Assembly: GCA_017630405.1 (NCBI GenBank)
Contig: JAGBVH010000009.1
Span: 14,149-78,148 of the forward strand
DNA: 64,000 nucleotides
DNA from: Alphaproteobacteria bacterium
GTDB lineage: Bacteria > Pseudomonadota > Alphaproteobacteria > Rs-D84
Direction of reading: 5' to 3'
The notes under the pieces are model-generated. The model was given only the letters and a program-made list of their open reading frames with translations. It had not been told where the DNA came from and ran no database searches. Of the stretch, positions 1 to 10,554 are shown piece after piece (position 1 is the stretch's first letter; every line of letters begins with the position of its first letter). The position numbers were made by a program, and so were the translations under genes.

Positions 1-618
1 CGCAGGCAACGATATCTTGGTCTGGCGGCAAAAATCATTTAACGAAACCGCACCAATTGACGCAGACGACCAGTTAATCATACTGCTGTCACCATGTTCA
101 CCCAATACATATGCGTTAATTGACTGGGTCGATACTGACAACTGGCGCGACAATATCGCACGCAGGCGCGCAGAATCCAACATTGTACCTGTACCAATCA
201 CACGCGATGCTGGCAACTTGGATAATTGCTGAGCAAACATAACCATAACATCCAGCGGATTTGTGACAATAATTAACTTTACATTTTTTGAATCCACATT
301 TGCCATTACACGTGGAACAATATCGTTTATAACTGCAACATTGGCCTGAAGTAAATCAGTTCTGGTTTCGCCAACCTTCTGATTCGCACCAGCCGCGATG
401 ATAACAATATCACTGCCACGAATTGCACGATAATTATTTACTGCTGTAATTTTTACATCGTACGAAAAAGCAGATGCATGTCCCAAGTCTTCGGCCGCCG
501 CGCGGGCACGAATAGCATTACGATCGAACAATACAAGTTCATGTACCAATCCTGTATTTTTTACCGCGGTCGCAACAGCAGCACCAACCGAACCAATACC
601 AATAATTGAAACTTTCAT
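1..618 (-). CDS. ldh: L-lactate dehydrogenase (3' part runs off the window)
   Basis: Manual translation: MKVSIIGIGSVG Rossmann motif, AGANQKVGETRTDL loop with the LDH-type Gln, VTNPLD, GTMLDSAR, LGEHGDS. Confidence 0.92.
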   Translation of the reverse strand, partial: MKVSIIGIGSVGAAVATAVKNTGLVHELVLFDRNAIRARAAAEDLGHASAFSYDVKITAVNNYRAIRGSDIVIIAAGANQKVGETRTDLLQANVAVINDIVPRVMANVDSKNVKLIIVTNPLDVMVMFAQQLSKLPASRVIGTGTMLDSARLRAILSRQLSVSTQSINAYVLGEHGDSSMINWSSASIGAVSLNDFCRQTKISLPA

Positions 619-715
619 AATCTCTCCCTGAATATATAGTATTTGTATTATATCATAAAAAAACACAATGTGGTATGGGATTATAAAAACACCGGCAAAT
701 TGCCGGTGTAATTTA

Positions 716-2698
716 TTACCAAAGTTTTACACGTTTGTCCGGTAATATGTACATAGCATCTGTTGGCTTGATACCAAACGCATCGTACCACGCATTAATA
801 TGTGGCAGAATTCCGTTTACACGATTCTTGCCAAGAGAATGTTCATCAACCTTGGTCAGGCGTAAGGCCTCGTCTGCACGAATATTCTGGGCCCATACAC
901 CAGCATACGCGACAAAGAATCGCATATCAGATGTCAGGTTCGCAGCCGTTCCTGTTGGTGTGCCAAAATTTTTATACGCATCAAATGCAATTGTCACCCC
1001 ACCATAGTCCGCCAAGTTTTCACCCAGTGTAAATGTACCGTTTGCGTTTACTTCATCATTAATTTTTATGTTATCAAAATATTCTTTCATAACATTTGCG
1101 CGTTCTTCGAATCCGCGCGCATCCGCTTCGGTCCACCAATCCTTCATATTGCCATCGCGGTCAAAATGACGACCCGAATCGTCAAAGCCATGTGTCATTT
1201 CATGACCAATAACTGCACCAATCGCACCATAGTTAAACGCATCATCAGACGACATATCAAAGAACGGATACTGTAATATGCCCGCAGGGAAGCAAATCTC
1301 GTTCGTGGATGGATCATAGTATGCATTTACTTCGTGTGCATTCATATACCAAATTGCTGGATCTTTTTTCTGGCCGATTTTTTCAATCCAGAACGCATCT
1401 TCGAATTTAGAAACGCGAACCATATTTTCCCACAAGGAATCATTTTTTATTTCCAACTTCGAATAGTCGCGCCATTTATCTGGATATCCAATCTTGGCCT
1501 TGAAAGTTGAAAGTTTTTCGATTGCTTTTTCCTTGGTTTCATCAGACATCCAATCCAAGCCCTGAATTCGATTGGCATATGCGCGTTGCAGATTCTTGAC
1601 CAATGTTTGCATACGCTTTTTCGCATCAGATGAAAAATATTTTTCAACATACAGACGACCAATTTCTTCACCCAAAGAATCGTCCAGCATATAAACCGCA
1701 CGCTTCCAACGCGGCTTTGGTTCTTTTTGTCCCGCCATTGTGCGATTATAAAAATCAAATGCTATGTCATAAGTTTTGTCGTCCAGTAATCCTGTTGCAG
1801 AATTTACCAAACGATATTTCAAATAGTTCTTAAGCAATTCAAAATCTGTATCGTTCGTTATAGCAATCGATTCCTGTATCGCTTCAGGCTGAGCAACATT
1901 TACAAAGCGTGCGGCTGATGCACCACGCGATTTCAAATAAGCATTCCAATCAAAGCCCGCAAATTTTTCACGCAACTGTTCAACCGACATTTTGTGATAG
2001 TTCGCATGCGGATCGCGCAATTTTTCTTTGGTATAAAATGATTTTGCCATACGCTCTTCAAGCGCGTACAGTTTTTTCACATCAACATCAATACCAAAGT
2101 TTTTCATTATTGCCGCAATATAAGACTGATACTTTTTGCGTATCTCGACAGATTTGGCATCGGTATCAAAATAATAATCACGCGACAGACCAATACCTGA
2201 CTGTCCCAGATTATACAAGTAATGATCGCTGTCCATTTCATCCAGCGCAACACCTTCGCCAAAAAACGCAGACGAAAACGCGTGCATACGACCCAGATAT
2301 TCTTCCAAGTCCGCGCGCGATAAATTATCAATTTCTTCCAAGTATGGTTTAAGCGGAGATACGCCATCTGTATTTAATTTTTCAGCATCCATCGCGATTG
2401 AATACAGAAGGCCAATTTTGCCAGAATCATTTTCCGCAATTTCACGTGTGCGCTCTAGGTTAGTGTTGCGCAAGACATCAAATGCGCCATAACGCGAATA
2501 GTCATCTGGAATTGGATTCGCCCTGCGCCAACCCAATGTCGCATAATCATAAAAATTATCGCCAATGCTGACTGTTGTATCCAGATTTTCTAATTTTATT
2601 CCTGCGTTCACGATTTTCTCCCTTGGTAAATAACGCGCACAGACAATAGTGCCAATAACAGCAATAATGCCAACTATGTTCCAAAACTTACTTTCCAT
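716..2698 (-). CDS. M13 family zinc endopeptidase (PepO/neprilysin-like)
   Basis: VNAYY, GHEMTHGFD (HExxH) and TLGENLAD motifs; N-terminal anchor. Confidence 0.95.
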   Translation of the reverse strand: MESKFWNIVGIIAVIGTIVCARYLPREKIVNAGIKLENLDTTVSIGDNFYDYATLGWRRANPIPDDYSRYGAFDVLRNTNLERTREIAENDSGKIGLLYSIAMDAEKLNTDGVSPLKPYLEEIDNLSRADLEEYLGRMHAFSSAFFGEGVALDEMDSDHYLYNLGQSGIGLSRDYYFDTDAKSVEIRKKYQSYIAAIMKNFGIDVDVKKLYALEERMAKSFYTKEKLRDPHANYHKMSVEQLREKFAGFDWNAYLKSRGASAARFVNVAQPEAIQESIAITNDTDFELLKNYLKYRLVNSATGLLDDKTYDIAFDFYNRTMAGQKEPKPRWKRAVYMLDDSLGEEIGRLYVEKYFSSDAKKRMQTLVKNLQRAYANRIQGLDWMSDETKEKAIEKLSTFKAKIGYPDKWRDYSKLEIKNDSLWENMVRVSKFEDAFWIEKIGQKKDPAIWYMNAHEVNAYYDPSTNEICFPAGILQYPFFDMSSDDAFNYGAIGAVIGHEMTHGFDDSGRHFDRDGNMKDWWTEADARGFEERANVMKEYFDNIKINDEVNANGTFTLGENLADYGGVTIAFDAYKNFGTPTGTAANLTSDMRFFVAYAGVWAQNIRADEALRLTKVDEHSLGKNRVNGILPHINAWYDAFGIKPTDAMYILPDKRVKLW

Positions 2699-2699
2699 T

Positions 2700-3758
2700 T
2701 CATTTCACCAAATTTACAAGAACATCGTCCAGAACCAGCATACCATCAGCAGTGGTTGCAATACGATTGTCTTGAACCGTTATTAATTCTGGATGCATGT
2801 GCACCCAGTCCATATCAATAACCTTTTTTACAGAATCTGTCAACAGGCATCCACGGACAGTGCGTAAACCTGTTATTACACACTCGGTCGCACGAACAGA
2901 ATCGGATATGGGCGAATATGTTTCAAAATTGCCCGTCTGTTCAAACCAGGTGTTATTTGTAAAGACACGACCCGCCGCACCTGCGCCCACCCCAATATAG
3001 GGCGCGCCACCCCAAATGTTCAGATTATGTTTACACTCGTTATCAGGTGCACAATAATTTGAAACTTCGTATCGCGACAGTTTCAGGTATTCATCGATCG
3101 CGGTGTACATCGCGGCCATTGTTTCGTTATCTGGCATAGTCAGGTTCATTTTGCCAAATGGCGTATTTGGTTCAATCGTTAATTCATACAAAGAACAATG
3201 CTTCAGCCCCAGCGTGTTAATTTCACCGCAAAGACGCACAACATCCGATACCGTTTCATCCGGCAGGCCATATATAAAATCCGCCGACACGCGCAAACCC
3301 AAGTTATGCGCTGCATCCAACAGGTGCAACGCATCCGATGCACTGTGACGGCGCCCCATAAACTTTAACTTGTCATCGTCCAGACTTTGCACACCAACCG
3401 ACAAACGATTTACGCCATGTGACATAAATTCACGCAGGCGCATCGCATCCAATGTTCCTGGGTTGGATTCAAGTGTCACTTCGGCATCGGACAACAAATT
3501 AAAGTTTTTGCGAACACACCCCATTATTTCCGCGAAAGTATCAGTCGGCATCAATGACGGTGTTCCCCCACCAAAAAATACAGTTGGCACATCAATTCGA
3601 CCAAGTGTGCGTGCCCAATGTTCCAGCTCGGCACAAATATCACGCGAATACCCCACCCAATCTGGCGCAGAACAAGCGCGCGAAAAGAACGCGCAATAAT
3701 TGCACTTGGACATACAAAATGGAACATGGATATAAATATTGTGTGCCGGATTATTCAT
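2700..3758 (-). CDS. hemW: Radical SAM heme chaperone HemW (HemN-like)
   Basis: YIHVPFCxxKCxYC, FFGGGTPS, YEVSNY, HNxxxW. Confidence 0.9.
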   Translation of the reverse strand: MNNPAHNIYIHVPFCMSKCNYCAFFSRACSAPDWVGYSRDICAELEHWARTLGRIDVPTVFFGGGTPSLMPTDTFAEIMGCVRKNFNLLSDAEVTLESNPGTLDAMRLREFMSHGVNRLSVGVQSLDDDKLKFMGRRHSASDALHLLDAAHNLGLRVSADFIYGLPDETVSDVVRLCGEINTLGLKHCSLYELTIEPNTPFGKMNLTMPDNETMAAMYTAIDEYLKLSRYEVSNYCAPDNECKHNLNIWGGAPYIGVGAGAAGRVFTNNTWFEQTGNFETYSPISDSVRATECVITGLRTVRGCLLTDSVKKVIDMDWVHMHPELITVQDNRIATTADGMLVLDDVLVNLVK

Positions 3759-3851
3759 TTGCGAATATTTTATAACTCTTTTTTAAGTCTGCAAGGTAAA
3801 ATCGCTTTTATGACACGAAAATTTATGATATAATAACAGCACGGAAGGTTT

Positions 3852-5375
3852 ATGAAAAAGAATTATATTTCTATTTTGTCGCTGCTTTTTGCGCCTTTGA
3901 TGGCTTTTGCCGCAAACGAAGGGGTGCCGTCATATTATCAAACACAGCAGCCACAAAATGCTAATCAGGCTTCTTTTGAACGTTATCAGAAACAGGGTTA
4001 TACAAAATATGTGGGTCAAAATACCAACAAGCAGGTAATTGGCCAACGAACATATACATATCAGCAACCACGCGCGATGCAGCCTACTTTTGCCGGCACC
4101 ATGACCGCGAACGGGATTGCGATGCCAGCGGAAAGCGAAAAAGGCACATCTATTTATGCAGGATACGCGCGCAGATTTGCGGACTTTGAATTTGAAACCG
4201 GTGTAAATTCAATCCTTGAATGGGATGATATGATCTGGGATGAAATTCGTGTTGGCGCGCGCCATAATTTCAGCCTGCGCGATTTCGATTTATCTGTATA
4301 TGGGGAATATGCGTACGGTAATATGTCACATGGTGGTCTGTCTATGGACTATGACCTTAAACCATATGATTCAGCATACCCAGAATACGGAATTTTTACA
4401 ATTTCTATGGGTGACCAAAGTGGGCGCAGCAACTATTTCCGTTTCGGACTGTCCGCGCACCATGTGTGGGATATTGCTGGATGGAAACTGTCACCAACAA
4501 TTGGCTATGAAATTTTCAAGCACAATCTTGAAATGTCCAACCATTATTATCCGAACCCTGGGATTTATCTGCCCTTGATGACACAAGGTGGACAATATGT
4601 ATTCGGTGACGAATTAGGCAACTATTATTCCGTTCCAGTTGGAATGGAGGCACCAGAAAACTGGTATCAGGTCTGTATGGGCCCAGAGGATATCAAGGTT
4701 GTCACAAATCCTTCATCAGGTTATTATGAAGGCTTTGAGATTCTTGGTAACGATTTGTATACCGGCGACTATGAGTTATCTATGGGCGATGTTCCATGGG
4801 GTGTTTCGGGTGGCGAATGCGTCATCATTGGCGGCGATGGTCCAGTCGTGGTCGAAGGCACAACACATATCTATAACACAACATGGTCTGGATTCTATAT
4901 CGGATTAGAAGTTGAAAAACAAATGACGCTAAAGGACAAATTGCGCCTTTATATGCAGGTTGGCCTGCCAAAATATTCATCCGAAGGTATATGGCCAAAT
5001 CGTACAGACTGGCAGCAGAACCCAAGTTTCTTGGACGAAGGTAGCAATGGCGCATATTCTTATTCCGCAGAAATGGAATATAACTATAAAGTTTCCGATC
5101 GTATGCAGTTGGCATTAAAGGTGGACACAAATCTGTTCCATGTCGGCAATATCCCAGGAAAATTGTATATTGCGGAATATACAGACTATGTAATTGATGA
5201 AAATGGTCAATATGTGACACAAAAAGTGACCGAAGTAATTAATGGGGTGACATACGAATATCTGGTACCAGTTCTGGAAACGATACCAGCATCCACACAA
5301 CATGTAAGTGATTCACTGAAACGCGCAACTTGGCAGTCGTTTGGGATTCATATCGGTTTGAAATACGCATTTTAA
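3852..5375 (+). CDS. Outer-membrane beta-barrel protein, possibly omptin-related
   Basis: Signal peptide, Gln-rich N-terminus, amphipathic strands, C-terminal GLKYAF barrel signal, SILEWDD resembling the omptin SQLDW strand. Confidence 0.6.
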   Translation: MKKNYISILSLLFAPLMAFAANEGVPSYYQTQQPQNANQASFERYQKQGYTKYVGQNTNKQVIGQRTYTYQQPRAMQPTFAGTMTANGIAMPAESEKGTSIYAGYARRFADFEFETGVNSILEWDDMIWDEIRVGARHNFSLRDFDLSVYGEYAYGNMSHGGLSMDYDLKPYDSAYPEYGIFTISMGDQSGRSNYFRFGLSAHHVWDIAGWKLSPTIGYEIFKHNLEMSNHYYPNPGIYLPLMTQGGQYVFGDELGNYYSVPVGMEAPENWYQVCMGPEDIKVVTNPSSGYYEGFEILGNDLYTGDYELSMGDVPWGVSGGECVIIGGDGPVVVEGTTHIYNTTWSGFYIGLEVEKQMTLKDKLRLYMQVGLPKYSSEGIWPNRTDWQQNPSFLDEGSNGAYSYSAEMEYNYKVSDRMQLALKVDTNLFHVGNIPGKLYIAEYTDYVIDENGQYVTQKVTEVINGVTYEYLVPVLETIPASTQHVSDSLKRATWQSFGIHIGLKYAF

Positions 5376-5389
5376 TCAAAGGATGACGG

Positions 5390-6439
5390 ATGAAGGTTAT
5401 GTCAAAATTACGGTTATTGACCGCTCTTGCGTTTATTCCAACAATGGCAAATGCCACAACTGGCGCGTTCGACATAGACCGCTGGTATTCGATGATGGAA
5501 AATGTGCGCGCGCGTGCCACCAGCGAAAATATTTCCGAAGAAACTATCAAGCAAACACTGCGCAGCCCCGCCTTTATCCCTTCTATTGTAAAAAGCGACA
5601 AAAACCAAGCAGAATTTAAATTAACATTAGATGACTACTTGGCGCGTACCGTTAGTGATAAACGAATTATCCAAGGCAAAAAGATGCGCGCAAAATATCC
5701 AACTATGCTGGGGCGCGTGGAAAGCAAATACGGATTGCCACCACATGTTATTTTGGCATTTTGGGGCATGGAATCCAACTATGGCGAGGTCAAGGCCAGA
5801 CATAAATTGGTCGATGCTTTTTTAACATTGATATATGACGGCCGTCGTGAAACTTTTTTCACAAACCAACTTATTGCACTGATGAAAGTTGCCGATAAAA
5901 ACAAGCAAGACATAAATGCCATTGGCGGCTCTTGGGCGGGCGCGATGGGGCACTTTCAATTCATACCAACAACGCTGACACAATATGGCGTGGATGGAAA
6001 CAGTGACGGACGCATTGATATTATCAACAGCGTTGGGGATGCCATGTTCAGTGCTGGTAATTACTTAAACAAGTTAGGCTGGAACAAAAATGAACGCATC
6101 GCGCGTCGGGTCGTGTTGCCCGCAGATTTTGATATAGGTATGCTGGACGGAAAAACAAAACTGACACTGCCACAATGGGCGGCATTTGGTGTCACAAATC
6201 CAGATGGTTCGCCAATCCCAAGTAATGATATGCTGGCCGGTTTGGTCGCGGATATCACCGCAATTCAAAGTGCACGCGATAATGCCACAACCCCAGAAAA
6301 CGCGATTGATGCCGATATTGCGCCTATGCCTGTGATTAACGCATATCTGACATATCCAAACTTTTATCGAATCAAGAAGTGGAACAATTCAAACTGGTAT
6401 GCGATTGCAATATCTGAATTGGCCGACCAATTAAAATAA
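5390..6439 (+). CDS. Lytic murein transglycosylase (MltB/SLT_2 family)
   Basis: WGMESNYG, GSWAGAMGHFQFIP, DGNSDGRID, WNNSNWYA. Confidence 0.92.
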   Translation: MKVMSKLRLLTALAFIPTMANATTGAFDIDRWYSMMENVRARATSENISEETIKQTLRSPAFIPSIVKSDKNQAEFKLTLDDYLARTVSDKRIIQGKKMRAKYPTMLGRVESKYGLPPHVILAFWGMESNYGEVKARHKLVDAFLTLIYDGRRETFFTNQLIALMKVADKNKQDINAIGGSWAGAMGHFQFIPTTLTQYGVDGNSDGRIDIINSVGDAMFSAGNYLNKLGWNKNERIARRVVLPADFDIGMLDGKTKLTLPQWAAFGVTNPDGSPIPSNDMLAGLVADITAIQSARDNATTPENAIDADIAPMPVINAYLTYPNFYRIKKWNNSNWYAIAISELADQLK

Positions 6440-6504
6440 AATCATTGATAATGGCACATTTCTTTGATATTCTTCCCAGTATAGATATTATAAAGGATTA
6501 ATTT

Positions 6505-7464
6505 ATGGCTATTAAAGTCCGCGACTTTGAAGTGCGTTTAACGCGAAACAAAGAAGAAAGAAAACAGGTTCGCCAACTGCGATATAAAGTATTCGTAGAA
6601 GAAGAAGGCGCAGGCGTAACCGAAGAACAAAAAGCACTGGGCGAAGAATACGATTCTTATGACAGATACGCCGAATACATGGCTGTATTCCACCAAGGGC
6701 GCGTTGTCGGCACATACCGCATCATTGACAGAAATGCTGCCGAAAAAATGGGCGGATTTTATACCGAAAACGAATTTAATATTTCCAAGATAAAAAAATT
6801 CCATGGCAATATCGCTGAAATGTCACGCGCATGCGTTGATCCTGCGTATCGTGAAAACGCGTTGGTTATGCGCTTGCTGTGGGCAGGACTGGGCGAAATG
6901 ATTATGCGCCGCAAAATCGAGATTTTATTCGGGGTCGCTTCGTGGGTCGGCACAAAACCTGCCAAGTCCGCACAGGCGATTTCATATCTGTACTATAACC
7001 ACCTGACACCGATGCGCTTGCGCGCGACTGTGTTACCTGAAAAATTCGCAGAAGGTGTTAATCCAAAATTGTCACGCATGAATATCTTGCCGCGCGAATT
7101 TATTGATGAAGCAGATGCAAAGCAGGAAATGACCCCACTGATTAAGGGATATTTGCGACTGGGCGCAACATTTGGCAAAGGCGTATTCGTTGACACTCCG
7201 TTTAACTCGTACGATGTGTTTGTTATGATTGAAACCCGCAAGATGAGTGCCACATACCAGAAACACTTCTTGGGTCGCGAAAATGCATTGGGCGCACCAG
7301 AAGACGAAAAAGACAATATCATCAAGACAGTCGGTAAAATTATAACCTTGCCGGTGGTCGGTCCCTTCAAGGTTGTACGCGCGTTTGTAGATTTCTTGCT
7401 GCGCGAAGATGCCGATGACGCGGAATATATCGAAGATGCAGAAAAAGCAGAAAGCGAAGAGTAA
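6505..7464 (+). CDS. olsB: GNAT ornithine N-acyltransferase (OlsB-like)
   Basis: QLRYKVF, VGTYR, EMSRACVDPAYR, PLIKGYLRLGA; followed by an acyltransferase. Confidence 0.8.
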   Translation: MAIKVRDFEVRLTRNKEERKQVRQLRYKVFVEEEGAGVTEEQKALGEEYDSYDRYAEYMAVFHQGRVVGTYRIIDRNAAEKMGGFYTENEFNISKIKKFHGNIAEMSRACVDPAYRENALVMRLLWAGLGEMIMRRKIEILFGVASWVGTKPAKSAQAISYLYYNHLTPMRLRATVLPEKFAEGVNPKLSRMNILPREFIDEADAKQEMTPLIKGYLRLGATFGKGVFVDTPFNSYDVFVMIETRKMSATYQKHFLGRENALGAPEDEKDNIIKTVGKIITLPVVGPFKVVRAFVDFLLREDADDAEYIEDAEKAESEE

Positions 7465-7468
7465 AAAA

Positions 7469-8296
7469 ATGGCCAAGTTGCGCAAACAAAATATTTTTAA
7501 TACAACAATGGCTGCGATTAAATTTACGCTGTTCTGGATGGCTGTTGTTATTCAGATACCAATTATCGCATTTATGCCACGCCGTTGGGCGGTTAATTAT
7601 ATGCCTGTATTTATGTGGTTTTTGGTAAAACTGGGCGGAATTAAAATTGTTGTACATGGTAAACTGACCGACAAACGACCACTGATGGTTGTATCAAATC
7701 ATATTTCTGTTTTTGAAATCGCAACTTTTCCATTTGCATTTCGTGGTAGCTTTATTGCCAAAAAAGAAATGGAGAATTGGCCACTAGTTGGATGGGTCGC
7801 AAAAAAATTCGGTGTGATATTTGTTGACCGCCGTCCTTCACACGCACGCGATGCGTTGGCAGTCGTACAAAAGACCGTTCAAAATGTTAAGTATCCAATG
7901 ATTCTGTTCCCAGAAGGCACAACAACAAACGGCGCATATGTAAAACCTTTTAAAAGCACATTGTTCAACTTTGTTGAAAATTCCAATGTGACTGTACAGC
8001 CTATGGCGATGCATTATAGATATCGCGACGGCAGCGTTATTGACGAACAAACAATGGCGGACCACTTTGCATACTTTGATAACAAAAAAATGGACAAAGG
8101 GCCATTGTGCAAAATTGAACGCAGTGCGTTTGGTCAAGTTTTTCATATCATGATGCTGGGCGGATTTACAGTCGAAATCACATTGTTGCCGCCGCCCCCC
8201 CTGGAGGGTATGGACAGAAAGCAGATTGCCGAGGTGCTGCAACAAATAGTCTCGGATAAATATATGGAATTAAAAGATAAAGAATTAAAAAAGTAA
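7469..8296 (+). CDS. Lysophospholipid/lyso-ornithine lipid acyltransferase (OlsA/PlsC family)
   Basis: SNHIS, FIAK, FVDR, LFPEGTT; directly downstream of the olsB-like gene. Confidence 0.85.
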   Translation: MAKLRKQNIFNTTMAAIKFTLFWMAVVIQIPIIAFMPRRWAVNYMPVFMWFLVKLGGIKIVVHGKLTDKRPLMVVSNHISVFEIATFPFAFRGSFIAKKEMENWPLVGWVAKKFGVIFVDRRPSHARDALAVVQKTVQNVKYPMILFPEGTTTNGAYVKPFKSTLFNFVENSNVTVQPMAMHYRYRDGSVIDEQTMADHFAYFDNKKMDKGPLCKIERSAFGQVFHIMMLGGFTVEITLLPPPPLEGMDRKQIAEVLQQIVSDKYMELKDKELKK

Positions 8297-8308
8297 GAGT
8301 TTTAAATT

Positions 8309-9586
8309 ATGAGAATTGAAAATTTATGCGTAAAACGCCTGATTGGGGAAGCCGCTGGCGCAACAACACACGGACACAAAATCGCGTTAAAAGGTGGATA
8401 CATTTATCAAACTTTCCAAGGTGGATATACATTGTCACCTTTGGGATGGCGCGTTGTCCGAAACATCGAAAATATCATTCGTCAGGAAATGGATGCCATT
8501 GACGGTCAGGAAATATTGATGCCTGTTGTATCTGGGGCAGACATTTGGCGCGAAAGTGGTCGCTATGACACAGTGGATGTGTTGGCAAAATTTAAGGGCC
8601 GTTCGGGTACGGACTATGTATTGAACCCAACACACGAAGAAGTTGTTGTGGACTTTGTTAAATCTGTTCTGGAAACATATCGCCAGATGCCATTTATGGT
8701 TTATCAAATCCAGACCAAGTTCCGCGATGAATTGCGCGCACGCGCCGGTCTTATTCGTACACGCGAATTTATTATGAAAGACGCTTATTCTTTCCATGAA
8801 ACATACGAAGATTTGGAAACGTACTATAACCGCTGTCTGGAAGCATATAAAACAATCTTTGCGCGTTGCGGTATGAAAAATGTTGTACACGTGCTGTCTT
8901 CGACTGGCGATATGGGTGGCAGTGTTGCTCACGAATTCCAACTGATTAACGATATGGGCGAAGACACAATTTACCTGTGCGATTGCGGATTTAACACAAA
9001 CAAAGAATTGATTGATGACGAAAGCGAAACTTGCCCAAAGTGCGGTGCAAAAATGCACAAGGTTCGCGGTATTGAAATTGGTAATATTTTCCAGTTGGGC
9101 ACAAAATATTCTGATTCAATGAATCTGACATATACTGCACCAGACGGCGAAAGCAAACATCCAATCATGGGTTGTTATGGCATCGGCGTTGGTCGCACAA
9201 TGGCTGCAATCTTGGAAGAAAGCGCGGACGAAAAAGGCCCAATCTGGAACATGGAAACTGCACCTTTTGCGGTCGAAGTTATCGGATTGTCTGACAAAGA
9301 AGGCAAGACCTTGCCTATGGCGGAAAAAATCTATACCGATTTGAAAGCCGCAGGTATTGAAGTCATTTTGGACAATCGCGATGCGCGTGCGGGCGAAAAG
9401 TTTGCGGATGCAGACTTGGTCGCTGCGCCAATTCGACTGATTGTATCGGCCAAGAATTTGGCGAATAATGCAATCGAAGTTAAATATCGTGTTAATGATA
9501 AAGACACAACAAATATGCCAACCTCATTTGGTTTGGAAACATATTTGGCGGATACACAAAATGCGATTTCTGAATTGTTAAAATAA
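8309..9586 (+). CDS. proS: Proline--tRNA ligase, short form without the INS editing domain
   Basis: PTHEE, QTKFRDE, REFIMKDAYSF, GIEIGNIFQLG, MGCYGIGVGR. Confidence 0.95.
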   Translation: MRIENLCVKRLIGEAAGATTHGHKIALKGGYIYQTFQGGYTLSPLGWRVVRNIENIIRQEMDAIDGQEILMPVVSGADIWRESGRYDTVDVLAKFKGRSGTDYVLNPTHEEVVVDFVKSVLETYRQMPFMVYQIQTKFRDELRARAGLIRTREFIMKDAYSFHETYEDLETYYNRCLEAYKTIFARCGMKNVVHVLSSTGDMGGSVAHEFQLINDMGEDTIYLCDCGFNTNKELIDDESETCPKCGAKMHKVRGIEIGNIFQLGTKYSDSMNLTYTAPDGESKHPIMGCYGIGVGRTMAAILEESADEKGPIWNMETAPFAVEVIGLSDKEGKTLPMAEKIYTDLKAAGIEVILDNRDARAGEKFADADLVAAPIRLIVSAKNLANNAIEVKYRVNDKDTTNMPTSFGLETYLADTQNAISELLK

Positions 9587-9587
9587 A

Positions 9588-9612
9588 AGACTGGGCAAAA
9601 GCCCAGTTTTTT
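9588..9612. terminator. Intrinsic terminator between convergent genes
   Basis: GACTGGGC-aaaa-GCCCAGTT followed by a T-run. Confidence 0.75.
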
Positions 9613-10106
9613 TATCTCTGATTCATTTTTAGCGCGTATCTGGCCAGTTTTAATTTCTTTAATACTTCTTCATACTCATACATATTGCGTCCCATTTTAT
9701 ATTCGGGTGAATCTTTGCTGGGATATCCATCCTTGTAGGCGCTTATTAAAATATACGCTGCAAAAGCCTCGTTACTGTGTGCCTCGTCTGGATACAGGTC
9801 ATTTATAATGCCAGCACCCTTAACAATCTCTGATGCAAAATAAGCAGAATCCTGAATCAGTTTTGGCATTTCCGACTTAATATCATTGATATCGCGTCTG
9901 CAGGCGCGCCGAAGCTGATATTCCCTGATATCATGAAACGAGCAATTATTACAATAACGCAATAAAAAGTTTGAAAAATCGCGAGCACGAACACTAGCAC
10001 GCGCGGCTGTTTCAGTTTCTTTTGAAGTCTGTGCGCCAGCACTCACCATCGGCATTGATAATGCCAACGCGCATAAAAGTGCTAAAAATCCCTTTTTACG
10101 TTCCAT
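9612..10106 (-). CDS. Hypothetical exported protein
   Basis: Sec-type signal peptide, CxxC, C-terminus KMNQR. Confidence 0.75.
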   Translation of the reverse strand: MERKKGFLALLCALALSMPMVSAGAQTSKETETAARASVRARDFSNFLLRYCNNCSFHDIREYQLRRACRRDINDIKSEMPKLIQDSAYFASEIVKGAGIINDLYPDEAHSNEAFAAYILISAYKDGYPSKDSPEYKMGRNMYEYEEVLKKLKLARYALKMNQR

Positions 10107-10112
10107 TTTTCC

Positions 10113-10442
10113 CTATTGATGTGACATCAGGTGCAAAACCAAACTGATAATAAACAACACCGTAATAACGCATAAAATGACTTTCTGGGTGCGATGCGAG
10201 TTTTTACCACCACAACTTTCGCAATCACAGCCACAGTCGCGGCCAATCAAGTACCACGACGACAACAGCATCAGGCCAGAAAACACAAACAACCATGGTT
10301 CCAGCCAATGAGGCAGCAGATGAAAATGAGCCGCATCCGGCGCAACCAGCCCCACAATCGCCAAAAGCATAGGCAACCCACAACAAAATATATGTGGAAC
10401 AATAGATGCAATTATACCGATTTTAACCGCTTTATTTTTCAT
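10113..10442 (-). CDS. Small Cys/His-containing membrane protein (MerC/MerT-like)
   Basis: Three TM helices, HIFCCGLP in TM1, CGCDCESC loop. Confidence 0.6.
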   Translation of the reverse strand: MKNKAVKIGIIASIVPHIFCCGLPMLLAIVGLVAPDAAHFHLLPHWLEPWLFVFSGLMLLSSWYLIGRDCGCDCESCGGKNSHRTQKVILCVITVLFIISLVLHLMSHQ

Positions 10443-10519
10443 ATTTCCCTCTTTTGTGGGGGCATATTATACCGCTTTTTTTCATATTGTAAACAACAAA
10501 AGCGAAGTGCAAAATCTTA

Positions 10520-10547
10520 TTGACAATATTTTTATTTGTGTTAATAT
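10520..10547 (+). promoter_or_regulatory. sigma70-type promoter, probably giving a leaderless transcript
   Basis: TTGACA-16 nt-TAATAT with upstream TG, 7 nt before ATG 10555; no SD. Confidence 0.55.
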
Positions 10548-10554
10548 CTTGACC

